A DNA stretch of 63,983 nucleotides, the filler included, from Circinaria calcarea (taxonomy: Eukaryota), in the NCBI GenBank assembly GCA_051942165.1. It is 5 parts of 5 records of this genome, joined end to end, with 100 filler letters (N's around TTAATTAATTAA, not from the genome) between each part and the next. Parts side by side here need not be neighbours in the genome. Positions count along the whole stretch, not along the records: positions 1 to 12,760 come from JAVECS010000540.1; positions 12,861 to 25,612 come from JAVECS010000541.1; 3 more parts are not named here. One strand, 5' to 3'. Each line of letters starts with the position of its first letter. The stretch's first letter is position 1. Under the pieces are notes generated by a model. The model made no database searches, had not been told where the DNA came from, and was given only the letters and a program-made list of their open reading frames with translations. A program made the translations under genes and the position numbers. Shown one piece after another: positions 11,746-24,985 of the stretch.

Positions 11746-12760
11746 TCTATAAAAGATTCGCACTAAGAATCAGTACTACAGCGAGTACAGGTAAGACGTT
11801 AATCAAAACAGATTGTTTTTGCTTATAGTAAGCGTGATAAAAGGTTTGGCTTAAGAAAAACCTCGAAGATATGGTTTTGGTTAGGAGGTGGGCGCGTAAC
11901 CTGCTGACATTTTTCTCGGATGAACTTTAATCTGTGGTCCGTCCTGGATCCGAAGATCCGAAAATTCCGGGAGATGTATAAACACGCTTAATAGTATAAA
12001 TTTGGTAGTGCTCCGGTAAATAGAACGCGGCACGGATCGTTGCACTTCCGAGATTTTATCGGCCAAAATAAAATCCGAATTATATGTATGTTTTGTAAGG
12101 ATCCTTTACGAATAATATAATAATCTTGCGATTAAGGGTCGGTAACTGTGTGATAATGTGCTCAATTGGTTCGCATAGCGTATAATTTATTGCTAAAGAA
12201 TTCTGGTGTAACGCTTCGCGAGGAAACCTTTCTCGCTAAGCCAATACCTCGTGACCTCGGTGTATAGTTCCCCCGTAGGGTTCTCAGGTAGAGCCCTTAT
12301 AGGGTTCTCGGATGGAGCCCTTACATCTCTATTTAATAAATACGAAATGATAATCAAACAAACCTCTGCGTTTAACAAGCCAAAATAAAATTTAATCCAT
12401 CATATGTTTAATATTATTTTTAATTCTAAAGTTATTCAGGGGGTGGATGTAATGGCGCAACCCGCAAGGCTGTGCCAAGAGGTCTGAGTAATACGCTGGT
12501 TAGGCGTATTGTTGGTACTGGACGTACTGGACGTGCTGGACGTGGCTACGTCCACGACGTCCACTACGTCCACCCCTTTTGGGAAGGTTCGTGTAACCTC
12601 GGAAAGACCTATATAGTCTCAGTCCTTTCCGTAGTATTTGACCTGTGTGGTCAAGACCTTACAAGTGTAGCAATATACTTCTATCGTTACTCATTACTTG
12701 CCAAGTGATTGGTATAGAACCCTCGTGCCTATTACAGAGTCCCCGCCTTATACCAGTGAC

Positions 12761-12860
12761 NNNNNNNNNNNNNNNNNNNNNNNNNNNNNNNNNNNNNNNN
12801 NNNNTTAATTAATTAANNNNNNNNNNNNNNNNNNNNNNNNNNNNNNNNNNNNNNNNNNNN
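12761..12860. other. Artificial contig linker
   Basis: N44-TTAATTAATTAA-N44, stops in all six frames. Confidence 0.98.
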
Positions 12861-14492
12861 AGTGTCGAGTGAATCAGATAGTGGCGGTGATTGTCGACTT
12901 GAATGCAATACGATGTCGTAAGGTATACTCACAAAGGCACGAAATGGGTAACGAATGTGGTCTGGCACTGGACCGGGAGGTTGGGAAGATAAGAAAATGG
13001 ATGAAGGCCTAAAAGTTATTTTAGTGCTTCTACTCCGTACCGGTTACTGGGAATTTTTAGGCAGATCTTGCCTCTAACGCTACCGTACCCGTCGGTTGTA
13101 CTACGTGTGGATTTCGTCACTGAACCTATCAAAAGCATTACATTCAACTGCTTTGTGGATGCTCAGGCTGATACAATTTCCTGCTACGTATAGCTATTAT
13201 ATTGGTTCTCATCAGGCACGATAGCTGTCAAAGTCGCCCTGTCAGATTTGGTTCGTTGGGAAGAGGACAGCTCTACTGGCAGCTTAGACCGGTTTCAACT
13301 GCTTGCTGCGCCACCAGATGATCTGGCCGGCACAGACCATCCGCTGAGATAAGCGTCGTTCGGTAAGAGACCGACATACGGAAATAGGTCCGGTTTACAT
13401 CGAAGGGGCCCCTCCATTCTTCCAACTTAATTCATGCAGCAAAAGCACATCCAAAGGTAGCAAATTGGAGAATATGGTTCCCGGCTGTCTAACTTGAGGT
13501 CATGCTCTTTTTAGCTTCCTAGTCGAAATCATAATCGCATCCCGTCGTGTGCAGCTAAATTTCCAAGGGAGCTCATGTTCACAGAGCGTAGAGACGATGC
13601 TCAGGAAACTACATGCTTAGATGCTTACACGGACAGCCCAATCTTAGATGCCATTGGTCTCAACAGGTATCGGAGTGTTTTCAGTATCTGTGGGCTTCAC
13701 TTTTTGGTGGTCGTTGCCTTTTTCGAGCGATGGTGGCGCGCGATACAGATCCGTGGGCAGATTCCGATATAAGCCAAAACATTCGAGGCCGGTGTGCAAA
13801 AAGTCATTGCCACTACCTATAGCGCGAGTCTCTAACAAGACTTCTAGACCTTCAAGGTCTTGTATGATTCGACCAGCTGTGGTGTATATGTAAGGGGTCC
13901 TCCAGTATTATATTGTTACCTGCAACGACTTGTGCACACCCGCCTCGATTAGGGTTTTGCGTTCTCGCAATCATCACGTATCAGCCTACTCGAGCTTCAT
14001 CCGGGCCACCACTATCAAACGTAGAACTCTACTTCTACTCTCTTATCAGGTTGCCCACAGTCAAAGGGGCAGACTGGTGCATTATATTTCACAATAAGAT
14101 TCTCGGATCAAGGTACTACTTTTGTTTTATGGCAAGGATCGAGATCATTGCAGGGGTCTAAAAAGTAAACGGGCCTTGGCAAGGCGGGATGACCTTTCAT
14201 TGGTTTGCTTCCACAAACCGAGGGGCAGTTGACGGCATCAAAAAAAGAGGTAGGCTTAGTAACATGTACCTACCTGCCCTTCGTCCCAATGATACCCTAA
14301 CCTTATGATGTAAACTGTCTATAAGGGAAGAATCGTCTACTACTCTATTCTCCTCTATCCTCTACCATACCTCCCGCATTCGACCGCAACAGACAGTTCT
14401 GAGTGCAACTCGACCGACAAAGTACTCGTCCTTCACCCTCTACCCTTGTCAGAGCTCGTCAACCATTGGCTCCCGGGTAGCATTCAGCGATC

Positions 14493-16336
14493 ATGGCAAA
14501 TACGCTTGTCAAGTCCGAGGAGGAGGGTAATAGCGGGTAAGTCTTCCTTGGCTGATTCTCCTGCTTAATTGACGTCGCCTTGTCAGTTCACGCACAAGGC
14601 GGCAATACTAACGGCGTCAATGTTCTTAGTACCATTGAGCTCAAGGAGAATACGGTCATTGTAGTCCTAGGAGCATCAGGCGATCTCGCAAAGAAGAAGA
14701 CGGTAGGCAGGGCAAAGGCCGTCATGTCAGCTCGACTAGCCAAGCTAATCATTGTGCAATAGTTCCCGGCGTTATTTGGTTTGGTAGGCTTACACGGCAG
14801 ATCGACGGAGACGAACCTAGCTTATTGGACTGCAGCACCGCAATCAATTCCTCCCAAAAGATATCAAGATCGTCGGATATGCGCGGACTAAGATGGATCG
14901 CGAGGAATATCTTAAAAGGGTCAAGTCCTACATCAAGGTCCCGACGAAGGAGATGGAAGAGCAGCTGGACGAGTTCTGTAAATTGTGCACATATATCTCC
15001 GGCCAGTATGATCAAGACGAGTCGTTTGTAAACCTGAGGAAACACCTGGAAGAGCTTGAAAATGGACGTTCAGAGACGAACCGGGTCTTCTATATGGCTC
15101 TACCCCCCAGTGTGTTTATCACGGTATCCCAGCATCTGAAGAAGAACTGCTACCCCAAAAACGGAATTGCGCGCATCATCGTCGAGAAGCCGTTTGGCAA
15201 GGACTTGGGCAGTTCCAGACAGCTGCAAAGGGCTCTAGAACCAGACTGGAAAGAAGAGGAAATTTTCCGCATTGACCACTATCTAGGCAAGGAAATGGTC
15301 AAGAACATTCTCATCCTCAGATTCGGAAACGAATTCTTCGGCGCTACATGGAATCGGAATCATATTGACAACGTCCAAATATCTTTCAAGGAACCCTTCG
15401 GTACCGAGGGACGGGGCGGCTACTTTGACGAGTTCGGCATTATTCGTGATGTTATGCAAAATCATCTCCTTCAAGTACTGACGTTGTTGACCATGGAAAG
15501 ACCGATATCGTTCTCTTCGGAAGATATTCGAGACGAGAAAGTTCGAGTTCTTCGAGGCATTCCGACCATCGAGCCCAAGAATGTCATCATTGGCCAGTAT
15601 GGCAAGTCCTTGGACGGAAACAAGCCAGGATACAAGGAAGATGATACGGTGCCTAAAGATTCAAGGTGTCCAACCTTCTGCGCAATGGTCGCCTACATCA
15701 AAAACGAGAGATGGGACGGTGTCCCGTTTATACTCAAGGCTGGCAAAGGCAAGTAAATCCATCACAAGCTCAATCTCCTCGGCTCACGAATACTAGCCCT
15801 AAACGAACAAAAGACCGAGGTTCGCATCCAATTCAAGGACGTTACCTCGGGCATCTTCCAAAACATCCCGCGTAACGAGCTTGTGATTAGAGTACAACCC
15901 AATGAGTCTGTCTACATCAAGATGAACTCCAAATTACCCGGTCTGAGTATGCAGACTGTGGTTACAGAACTCGATCTTACCTACCGTCGACGATTCTCAG
16001 ACCTAAAGATACCAGAGGCGTACGAATCTTTGATTCTGGCTGCACTGAAAGGCGATCACTCCAATTTTGTGCGCGATGACGAGCTAGATGCTAGTTGGAG
16101 GATTTTCACTCCTCTGCTCCATTATCTGGACAACAACAAGGAAATCATTCCAATGGAATATCCATATGGTACGTAACACATTTAGCATGACCACTTTCTG
16201 CAAAGACTCTGACTCGTTGTTGCTAGGTTCGCGAGGACCCGCGGTCTTGGATGACTTTACCTCGTCGTACGGTTACAAATTCAGTGATCCGGCAGGTTAC
16301 CAATGGCCGGTAATACAGACAAGCAACAAGCTGTGA
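14493..16336 (+). CDS. zwf1: Glucose-6-phosphate 1-dehydrogenase, multi-exon
   Basis: GASGDLAKKK, RIDHYLGKEMV, EKPFG, RDVMQNHL, RWDGVPF; first exon starts at ATG 14493. Confidence 0.97.
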
Positions 16337-16982
16337 AGAAGAACAGCCATTTGACCAAGGTACCGAGCAAAAGCGCATCAGACCTAGCAGATGTATTGTG
16401 TAGTGACCGCTGGTACCGGTCTTCTACTACCAGGCAATCAGGTCGTTCTGTGCCAAAAATGCACCTGGTCGAAGGAATTTCCTTTGGGTCAGGGGCACAT
16501 CTTCTCACATGATCAATAGATAGTTTGTTTGGAATATGCAATTCACTCATCACGGGACATTTCGGTGCAGTTCCTCTTCTCCAAAGTAGTGATACATACA
16601 GAGTGGATTAGGTCGATCACGAAGTAGCTTGTTACCCTTGACACTTCCAAAGCCACCATCCAATACCGACTCAGTTAGTGGAGCATGCTAAGCCGGCGGT
16701 TATGCCAGGAACTATCGGCGATCTTGCCTAATGTAACTTTTAGATTAGCCAAAAACGACCAATCTTATCGGTGTTGTAGAAGGGCGCGTCCAAATGATAG
16801 GCACAAGTGCTTGCGACTTGGCATGATGGTACATTCCAACACATAACGTACACGTTTATCCCTACCAGTCGAATTAAGAAGCCGACAACCGCTGAGCTTT
16901 GGCCGGTCTACCTCTACCGACTGACAGTCTACCTCTTCGGTGAATGTGAAGAAGACATCTGTGGAAGGCGACTCGGGAGGTA

Positions 16983-19132
16983 ATGCCTCAAGCCGCATCA
17001 TGGGCAGGCACGCCGTTCATAAAGGGCTCGACAGAGTCTATGCGAATGGCCTTGTTGACTTTCAGTTTAGTTGGTATACAGTAAGCTACCTGACCGGCAT
17101 ATGCCGACTTAAGCTTACACTCGACAGATTTACTTGGGGCATAGAGATGACTTGTACGTTGCTACGAAAATAAAGCCCCCACACAAGGAAAAGACTCAAG
17201 AACCTATGCAGACTGCACACCCTACCTTCTTCAACTCGGGCTGACAAAGAGCCGTACATCCATGGTATGGATTGCTGGACCTCTCTCGGGCCTGATAATG
17301 CAACCGATCGTTGGCGTGATTGCGGATAATTCGAGGTCAAAGTGGGGAAGGCGAAGGCCGTTCATGATTGGAGGGTCTCTGATCGTTGGTATCTGTCTAC
17401 TGGCATTGGGCTGGGCATCCGAGATTGTGGGCATTTTGGTGAAGGATCCAGAGACGGTGTGGTTTCACGGATATGGGTCCTGCATGAAGGAAAATCATTC
17501 TGATTTGCTGTAGAGGCCATCTTGGACAATAGCCGTGGCCGTCTTGAGTATCTATGTCATGGATTTTTCGATCAATGCTGGCAAGGTCCTCCCACTCTTA
17601 CCAATGGACCTGTGCTGACCTATCTCCAGTAATGTCTACATGCCGGAGTCTGATAGTTGATACCCTGCCCATCGCTAAACAACCACTCGGCTCTGCTTGG
17701 GGTAAGTCTCCAACTTTACATTGCTCCATGCGGTCATTGAGGTCCTGAAGCAAGCAGGATGATTGCTATCGGTCACCTGGTTGGCTACGGTATCGGGACG
17801 GTAAACTTGCCAAAAGTACTCGGTAACGTCCTCGGTGACACTCAATTCAAGCAGTTGACGGCGATATCCGCATTGGCCTTGATACTTGCCGTGAGTGTTA
17901 CTTCATACGCTGTGGATGAGCGTATCTTAATATCGGCGAGGTAAGAACCGATCCTCTTAGCAACGTGGGAGAGTGTCTTACACATATATAGGGACTCGGA
18001 TAAAGCGTCGGGGGTGTTGAGAATGGTCGCAAACATTTTCAAGACGACTATGCATCTACCAACTCGTATTCAGAGTATTTGCTGGATTCAGTTTTGGGCT
18101 TGGCTTGGTCAGTCGTGATTCAACCATGTGCGTTAAACTTGTTAAAGTAGTTATTTAGGCTGGTTTCCTTTCCTCTTTTATGGTTCGACATGGGTTGGGG
18201 AGACTTATTTTCGCTATTCTGCACCCGAAAGCGCCAAACAGCCGTCCGACGCGGTAGGGGATATCGGGCGCATCGGCAGTCTCAGTCTCATCGTATTTTC
18301 CACGGTTACCTTTACTGGCTCCATCATCCTGCCATGGGTGGTCAACTCCCCTGAGAACGAGAAACACGAATTCACGCCTCGCCCTCCGCCCAGTCTCGCA
18401 AAGTTTATCAAGGTGATGAACGGCCTCAAACCGGACCTGCTCACCGCCTGGATGTTGAGCCATCTCATATTCGCTGGCGCCATGTGCCTCACCCCATTTG
18501 TACGCTCGCTACATTTCGCCACCGTACTCATCTCCATTTGCGGAATGTACGTCCTCGTCTCTGATGTTTCATCTTTTCTTCCCGCCCCACTTCTCCTTTC
18601 AAGCCTTACTAACATTTTTTGCCGCCTCAGACCCTGGGCCTTTGCCTGCTGGGCCCCTTTCGCCTTTATCGGCATTGAAATCAACCGGCTCACCTCCTCG
18701 CCGCTCTCTCCACCCCACTCCGCCTCAGCGACCTACACCCCGCTCCTGTCCACCCACGTTATCGATGTTGACAGCCCCCCTTCCTCCCCTACTCGGCTCC
18801 GTCTCAACCATCTCGAGCGTGACATCGATTCCGCTGCCTCGTCGAGCACCGGCGAGACAGCGGGGATTTACCTGGGTATCTTGAATCTGTTCGCCACGCT
18901 ACCGCAGTTTCTGGGCACCTTTATCAGTATGCTCGTGTTTGCCATCTTGGAGCCTGGGAGGAAGGGAGAGGGGCTTGGGCAGGGAGGTGAAGGTGCAGGT
19001 GCAGGTGGAGGTGCAGGTGGGGGGTTGGTGAAGCAGGACGGCGTGAATGCGATTAGTGTCTGCCTGTTCATCGGGGCAATGAGCAGTCTGGGTGCGGCGT
19101 GCGCGACGTGGCGGTTTGGGTGCGTGAGATAG
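16983..19132 (+). CDS. Sucrose / general alpha-glucoside:H+ symporter (SUT1-like, GPH family), multi-exon
   Basis: MPQAASWAGTPFIKGSTESMRMALLTFSLVG, VWIAGPLSGLIMQP, SKWGRRRPF, GWFPFLFYGSTWVG, GIYLGILN...LPQF. Confidence 0.9.
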
Positions 19133-19705
19133 AACCGGTGGAATAGAGTAGAGTCAGAGTTAGAGTGGCAGGAAAGTTGTGGTGTTTTTTATTTTTCCGG
19201 CGTCATTGTCCTGGTCGATTGGGTTTTCTGGCTCCATTGTCTGTGGTTTTCAGTTGTCAATTTTCAGTTACCAGTCACAAATTCGCGAGTTTCACTTGGT
19301 TGTAAAATTATTTCTACCGTCGAGAAGCTGGGCGGATTGGTGAGGAGGTGAGGGTAGGGTAGAGGATGAATAAATAAATAGAGATTCTAGTTCGATTTTA
19401 CGGTTTCTCTCGGACCGCATTAATATGTCGGGTCTAGGGTACCCAGAAAAACCATGGGCATGTTTGTTTGTTTGTTTGTTTGTTTGTATACTCTGTATGT
19501 TCAAGATAGGATAAGATAGGATACTGTGGATCGGGTGCCTAGAAAGAAAGAAAAGGGGGGGGGGGAAATACACAAAGGTTAAAAGGTACCCCTCTGAACT
19601 CCCGGGGACGCGGCTTTTTTATATACATGTATTATATACACCCCGAATTTAGGATTAGGGGTTACTATTCCGGGACGGGAAAGGGAACAGGGCCGCTTTA
19701 GAGGG

Positions 19706-19810
19706 AGCACCGAGGGAGCAAGGGGGCGCAGCAAGGTAGCACCGAGGGAGCAAGGGGGCGCAGCAAGGTAGCACCGAGGGAGCATCGAAGGGAGTAAAGG
19801 GGCGTAGCAT
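19706..19810. repeat. 32-bp GA-rich minisatellite, 2.5 copies plus a degenerate copy
   Basis: AGCACCGAGGGAGCAAGGGGGCGCAGCAAGGT at 19706 and 19738, partial at 19770. Confidence 0.85.
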
Positions 19811-20358
19811 AATGGTGCCTAATTTGGCAGCCTCGTAGCCGGTTAATGCTTCTTGTTTTAAAATTAATAATATTCCGTCGAGGCTGCTGCCTGCGTTTAA
19901 TAAATGATTATTAAAGACTTTATGCGCCCTGTGGCTGCAGTAATCAGCCTAAGCTGAATAATAATATATAATTCTGTCCAATAAAATAAATAAGCTATTC
20001 ACCACTACGCGTTCAGAAACTGCAGCCTTGTGTCACGCCTTTGCGTCCTTGGTGGCATTGTAGTTTCTGTTGGAAATCACCCTTTAGACCCGATTAGGCT
20101 CAGCGGCGTGTTGCCCTTCCATAGAAATGCAAGCAACCTTTATATTCTGCATGCCACCTGCTCCGTTCAACAGTTTCCTCGGGTCGTCAAATCTGGCTGA
20201 ATTTCTTGACTATTACCACTGAGAAAGTTCCCTGTCGACTTCAAGCTCTCCATCATCGTCTCTGATTATTGATCTACCGCATTTTTGCACTTACCAACGA
20301 TTGAAGTTGCCTAGCAATAAACGTCTTCAATTCCTCCTCCACCGAGCTACTTATCAAA

Positions 20359-23300
20359 ATGTCTTTACTTAAAGTCTACGAGAATGTGGATAGATATATA
20401 AAAATTTGCGAAGAGGAAGCCCGGGTGCTCACTGGAATCGAATTCTGTACCTGGGACCCGAAAGGCCGTCCGACCCTAGACTTTCGTTTTCAAGAGGGCA
20501 AGGGTTGGACATCTGGTGAGTTGATAGATCAGGCTTCTGCTTTTTGTATAATAATTTATACTAACTATTGAGTAATACTATATGACTAGAGCGCCTAGTG
20601 CAGATCTTTTTTGTCCATGAACAAATGCAATATTGTGCTCATTCCTTTTTGCTAATAGAATTATACCATGAGGACCCTATCCACCTGTACCAGCAATTCA
20701 AAACCGCTCACGAGTTATATGACCATCCTCTATATTTAGACAATATCCCCCCCAGCAACGAGATCGATCGACTGCTTAAGGAGTTTCCCAAATGCTTGGC
20801 GCCTGCACTTGACCTGCCGCAATTTCGTCAATTTTTGACGGCCTTGTTACCCATCCAGGAAGGGAAGGAGACTACATTTCGGAGGCTCGCGACTGAGACA
20901 GCAGGCTTGGTACTGGACCGAAGGGGTAAATCTAAGGCGTTTGACACATATATTAATGCCGAATGGAGGCCAAAAATTCTCGAGACTGAGACAGGCGGGA
21001 GCACACCTTTTCTCACTGGCTTGTTCTTTATCTTCTCTAGGCAACTTGACGAGTTTCAAAAGAACTGCGTCAAGTATATCAAAACCGAGGGTCGGCCTAG
21101 ATACGACAATCGTCTAGCCAAACCTGTCTTTCTAGAGAATGTGGGGAGGCAGTTTGACCAGAAGTTAATCCAAATTGCATTAGCTCCTTCTGGCTCTGGC
21201 AAAACGACATCTATCTTTAATGAGCTCACTCGTTTTTATGGATATTACATGGTTTCCTGCGCATTGCCTAAGTATAAGGATATTCAGGCAGAAGGTCTAG
21301 AGAGTGCCTCATCAAGGGATCTGCGTGGGACCATTATGGATCCGAAGGTCCTACAGGGAGTTTCAGAGGACACACGCGAGCTATTTACAATGCTTAAACA
21401 GATCAAGTCTCTTAGTATTGAGACTTGCGGCTTCGAGGAGTCCGATGTTTTCCACGTGTGTGCGAGGTGGTGGGCTCGCATCGTCGAGACACGGCAGAGG
21501 GTTTTCCACTGGTTCCGTGAGGCACTCGCCTCGGACTCGACCCCAGCCTTATGGCTATCTTTCCAGCTCAATTGCAGTGAATGGGATCCTTTCTTACAAA
21601 TCTTCCGGGTGACATCCCTGTTTCCCCTCTTTGGCATCGAGACTTCTGGCGAAGCCAGCATACCTTTACCGCAATACTGTTATCTGGGACACTACCACAA
21701 ATCGATCGTGTTATCTTGTCTGAGCAACATTGATAAAGACGTACATTGGGCCTGCATTGATGAAGTTCAGGAGGACATACGAGCTACACTACAGAATAGC
21801 AACATGCTGGCCGCTTGCATGACAGGAATTAATTCCCAGAGGTTCGAACAAAATGATTTCATTTACTTCCGGCAATTAATCTTCGCGGGGACTTCTCTGA
21901 ACGTATCGAAAGCTCTACAGACCAGGAAGGAGCTATTGGGAAAAAATCGAGGGTACATAGGTGCGGTTTGGGACAAGAATGCCTGTAATATAGCCATCAA
22001 ATTCCCCCTCATCATGAACAGAAACACTGCAGAAGCGTTATTGAAGCTTTATGGCCTTGATGGTGCAGCAAACGCTGTTGATCAAAGCGAGCCTCTCTAG
22101 GGAAGGGTCAAATAGACTGCTATATATTGTGAAAAGATTATTACAGAAATAACAAAAGGGCAGACGAAAGATTTCAATGCTATGTCGAAAGAGGAATATG
22201 AAAAGTCAGTGAGGGAATTATTCGCCTTGAAGCGGGAGGGCATAAGCTTTAACAACTTGGCAGATGAGACATACGAGGAAATAATAAAGAACCTCTATAC
22301 CAGACTAGGTATTCTTCAGGAGCGAGGAGATTACGGAGAGCTTCTGGACAAATTATTAAAGGCGGCTATCTCGGCGGACATCCTAGGTAGACCTCATGTG
22401 TTCTACCGGGAAAATGATATAGAGCTGGTGGAACAAGGTTTCGCGATAGTTTATTCTTGGATAAACAACTTGGAATCCAAGCTAAATGAATGTTTCATTT
22501 TTAAAGGCAGAACTGAAGGCCAGCTTACTGCGAGATTTAAAAAAGATCAATCGGTGGAGGATGGTGTGGTGAACCTGCTGGTAGAGGTGGAAAAGGCTCA
22601 GTGCTTATTTATAAATTGCCCAATAAATAAGCTGACGGGTGAGATGCTTCATGATGGTTTCATTATTATAGATTATTCAATCGCTAAGCTAGCAACTAAG
22701 TTGGAGGAAAATGGCCTTACCATCATAGATAGATCAAGAACTCACTTGACGGCTAAACCTTCCGAAGCCACTGCCATGACGAGTGAGCAGATAGAGAAGC
22801 AGATAGATGATTTGGCCGAGTGGATCACTAGGAAGAAGGACAGCTTCACCGTCGAGCGCTATATAAAGGATAAATTGACCGCGGATATGGTAAAGCAGGG
22901 CTTTACCGTCTAGGGATGTGGTGACGGCGATAGGGAAAAGCTGCGAGAGTCGTTTATGGCAAAAGGTATTAAGATCTATAAAGAGATAGTCAACTAGCTA
23001 TCAGCCAGGCAGGAAGAATCTCCTTATATAGATAATTCTAAGGCAGACCAGCTAGGTTACGATATAATAAAAAAAGGGTTCGTTATATTAGATAAGATGA
23101 TGGACTAATTGCCTAACGCTTTTAGAGATGGCTTTATGATCTATTCTGGCCTGATGAACACCGAACCAAGAAAATATTTCAGGAGTAAAAGCCTCCGTGA
23201 GCAGGACTTTAATATCGAGTCGAAGACAGAATTACGGATGAAAGTGAAGCTGAAGAAGGACCGCGATATTCTAAAAATAAATTCAGACAGGATAGCAGCC

Positions 23301-24642
23301 TCGCTAAAGAGTTATGGTCTTAAAATCGTGAATAAGACGAAAGATTAACTGGATAAGCTCGTGAGGGGGCCTTTTATTATTATAAACCGCTCTAAAGACG
23401 AGCTGATAGCCAAACTCGCTGAACGCGTGATTATTGATATAATTATATAATTCTCCATCAGCAACCGCCGCCTGGATGATAAATTTATGAGATATATCAC
23501 GCTTACGACGAGTCGATATAGACTTGGCTATTTCGCCGAGAATCTTCTGGCCGTTGTAAGCTCTTTAAAGTTCTTCTTCATTTAAGTGCACTCTTCATGT
23601 TCAATAATATCAGTATATTAATCCGTCGTTTTTGTCGATCTTTTAGCGACTCCGGCAATATTTGTCTTAACCTATAAATTCCGAAAGAATCTCTCCAGGA
23701 GACGAGAACGGGCCCTATGGGAATAAGATTAAAAACGAATGGGCATTAAAACATAAAAAAGTCCTGACCTGCCTGGAGGAGGCTGAAACTTCTAACGGAG
23801 ACAAAATTGACACTCTTAACAGCTATACCCTCGTTATGGGAGCTCAAACAGTGAAGTATTTTGAAGAACATGAAAACTGGGTAACAAGTTTTCTGGATTG
23901 GTTGGATGCTATAAAAAGTCGCCACAAACCTTGTGCAAGCTTCCTCATCCTGTATGATTACTTTAATCCGGACCTTATCTTCGTGTTGCGCAAAAAAACC
24001 GAATATAAAAACACGATCGTGTTTTATAGCCTCCAGGTGAGCAGGGAAAGGTTTTAATATAAGCATTCTATCTCCGAAAGGCTTGTCTTTTGGTTTTTGT
24101 GCATGAAAATTCGCTGACCCTCTGATTTGGAATATTAATTGAAATTGGGCGACGGTTCGCGTGACGCTGTGAATAAGTCCTCCATAACGTGGGCATGCAG
24201 TGACAGAGAGCGTCAACCAAAAGCAGCAAAAGAGGTCCGAGATCTGAAGGATATTAAAAATGAGCTGGAAGCTCAAGAGGCATCGTTGAGAGCGATGACA
24301 TTCGATAATGGCCAAAAAAATTTGTATACCGAGGTGCTGAGACTAGTGGATGGAGGGCTTGAAGAGATCAACGACAACCTAAAAAGCTTGCAGGGAAATA
24401 CGACGTCCCGAGGCCCGTCGGAGATAGAGAAGTTGCTGGAGAACCCTTTCTGGCGGGACCAATCCAGATTGAGTTTGCTGATAGCAGCAGGAGCAAAAGA
24501 AGGTAGCAATTTAGCACAGCTCAGACCGGACACGCCGAACTGCAAACAAAGCCGTGAATATTATGCCTTTATAGATGGTACGCACATCGAAACTCTGTTC
24601 GGGGCAACGTTTGAGACGATGTTAGGAGTATTTTCGGATTAG
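20359..24642 (+). pseudogene. Large P-loop NTPase + putative PD-(D/E)xK nuclease gene (Crinkler-like architecture), disrupted by in-frame stops
   Basis: Walker A APSGSGKT followed by FYGYY, Walker B WACIDEVQ, GR.K(W)TA, later LGYFAE, NPDLIFVLR and LQ/LK. ORFs 20598, 22182 and 23109 share one frame and are separated only by TAG/TAA codons. Confidence 0.7.
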
Positions 24643-24886
24643 AGTGCGCGATACGCCTTTATTTGAGCCGTTCGGGGGTTCCTGCAAAATGAAAGTAGCG
24701 GGCCTAGCTTAGAAATCCGAGCAGTATGCGAATTTATGTCGTTTGGCGGTTTAGATTTATCCAAGAGAAGAGAGTCAGCAATCTACTACGTACCCCAGCC
24801 TATTTAAATCGACTATTGAAATCTAGAATGGGAGAGTAGCAAAGTAGAAGGAAGCGGTAGAGGAGGAGTGTAGAGGGGTAGATAGA

Positions 24887-24985
24887 GAGTACGGGGGAGC
24901 ATAAGGCAATAGCAAGGGAGCACGGGGAGCAGCGAGGGAGCAGAGAGGGAGCACATAGCCGAAATAGGCCTTAGCGCGGGAGCAA
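24887..24985. repeat. Degenerate GGGAGCA-rich repeat resembling the 19706 minisatellite
   Basis: Recurrent (G)GGAGCA units: gggggagcat, agggagcac, ggggagcag, agggagcag, agggagcac. Confidence 0.5.

Noticed and set aside
13575..14161. Short ORFs upstream of G6PD, including a possible spliced minus-strand gene
   Set aside because: In-frame stop upstream and no recognisable motifs.
11745..19132. G6PD and the sugar transporter as NADPH/carbon-supply members of the biosynthetic cluster
   Set aside because: They are on a different contig; the adjacency is artificial.
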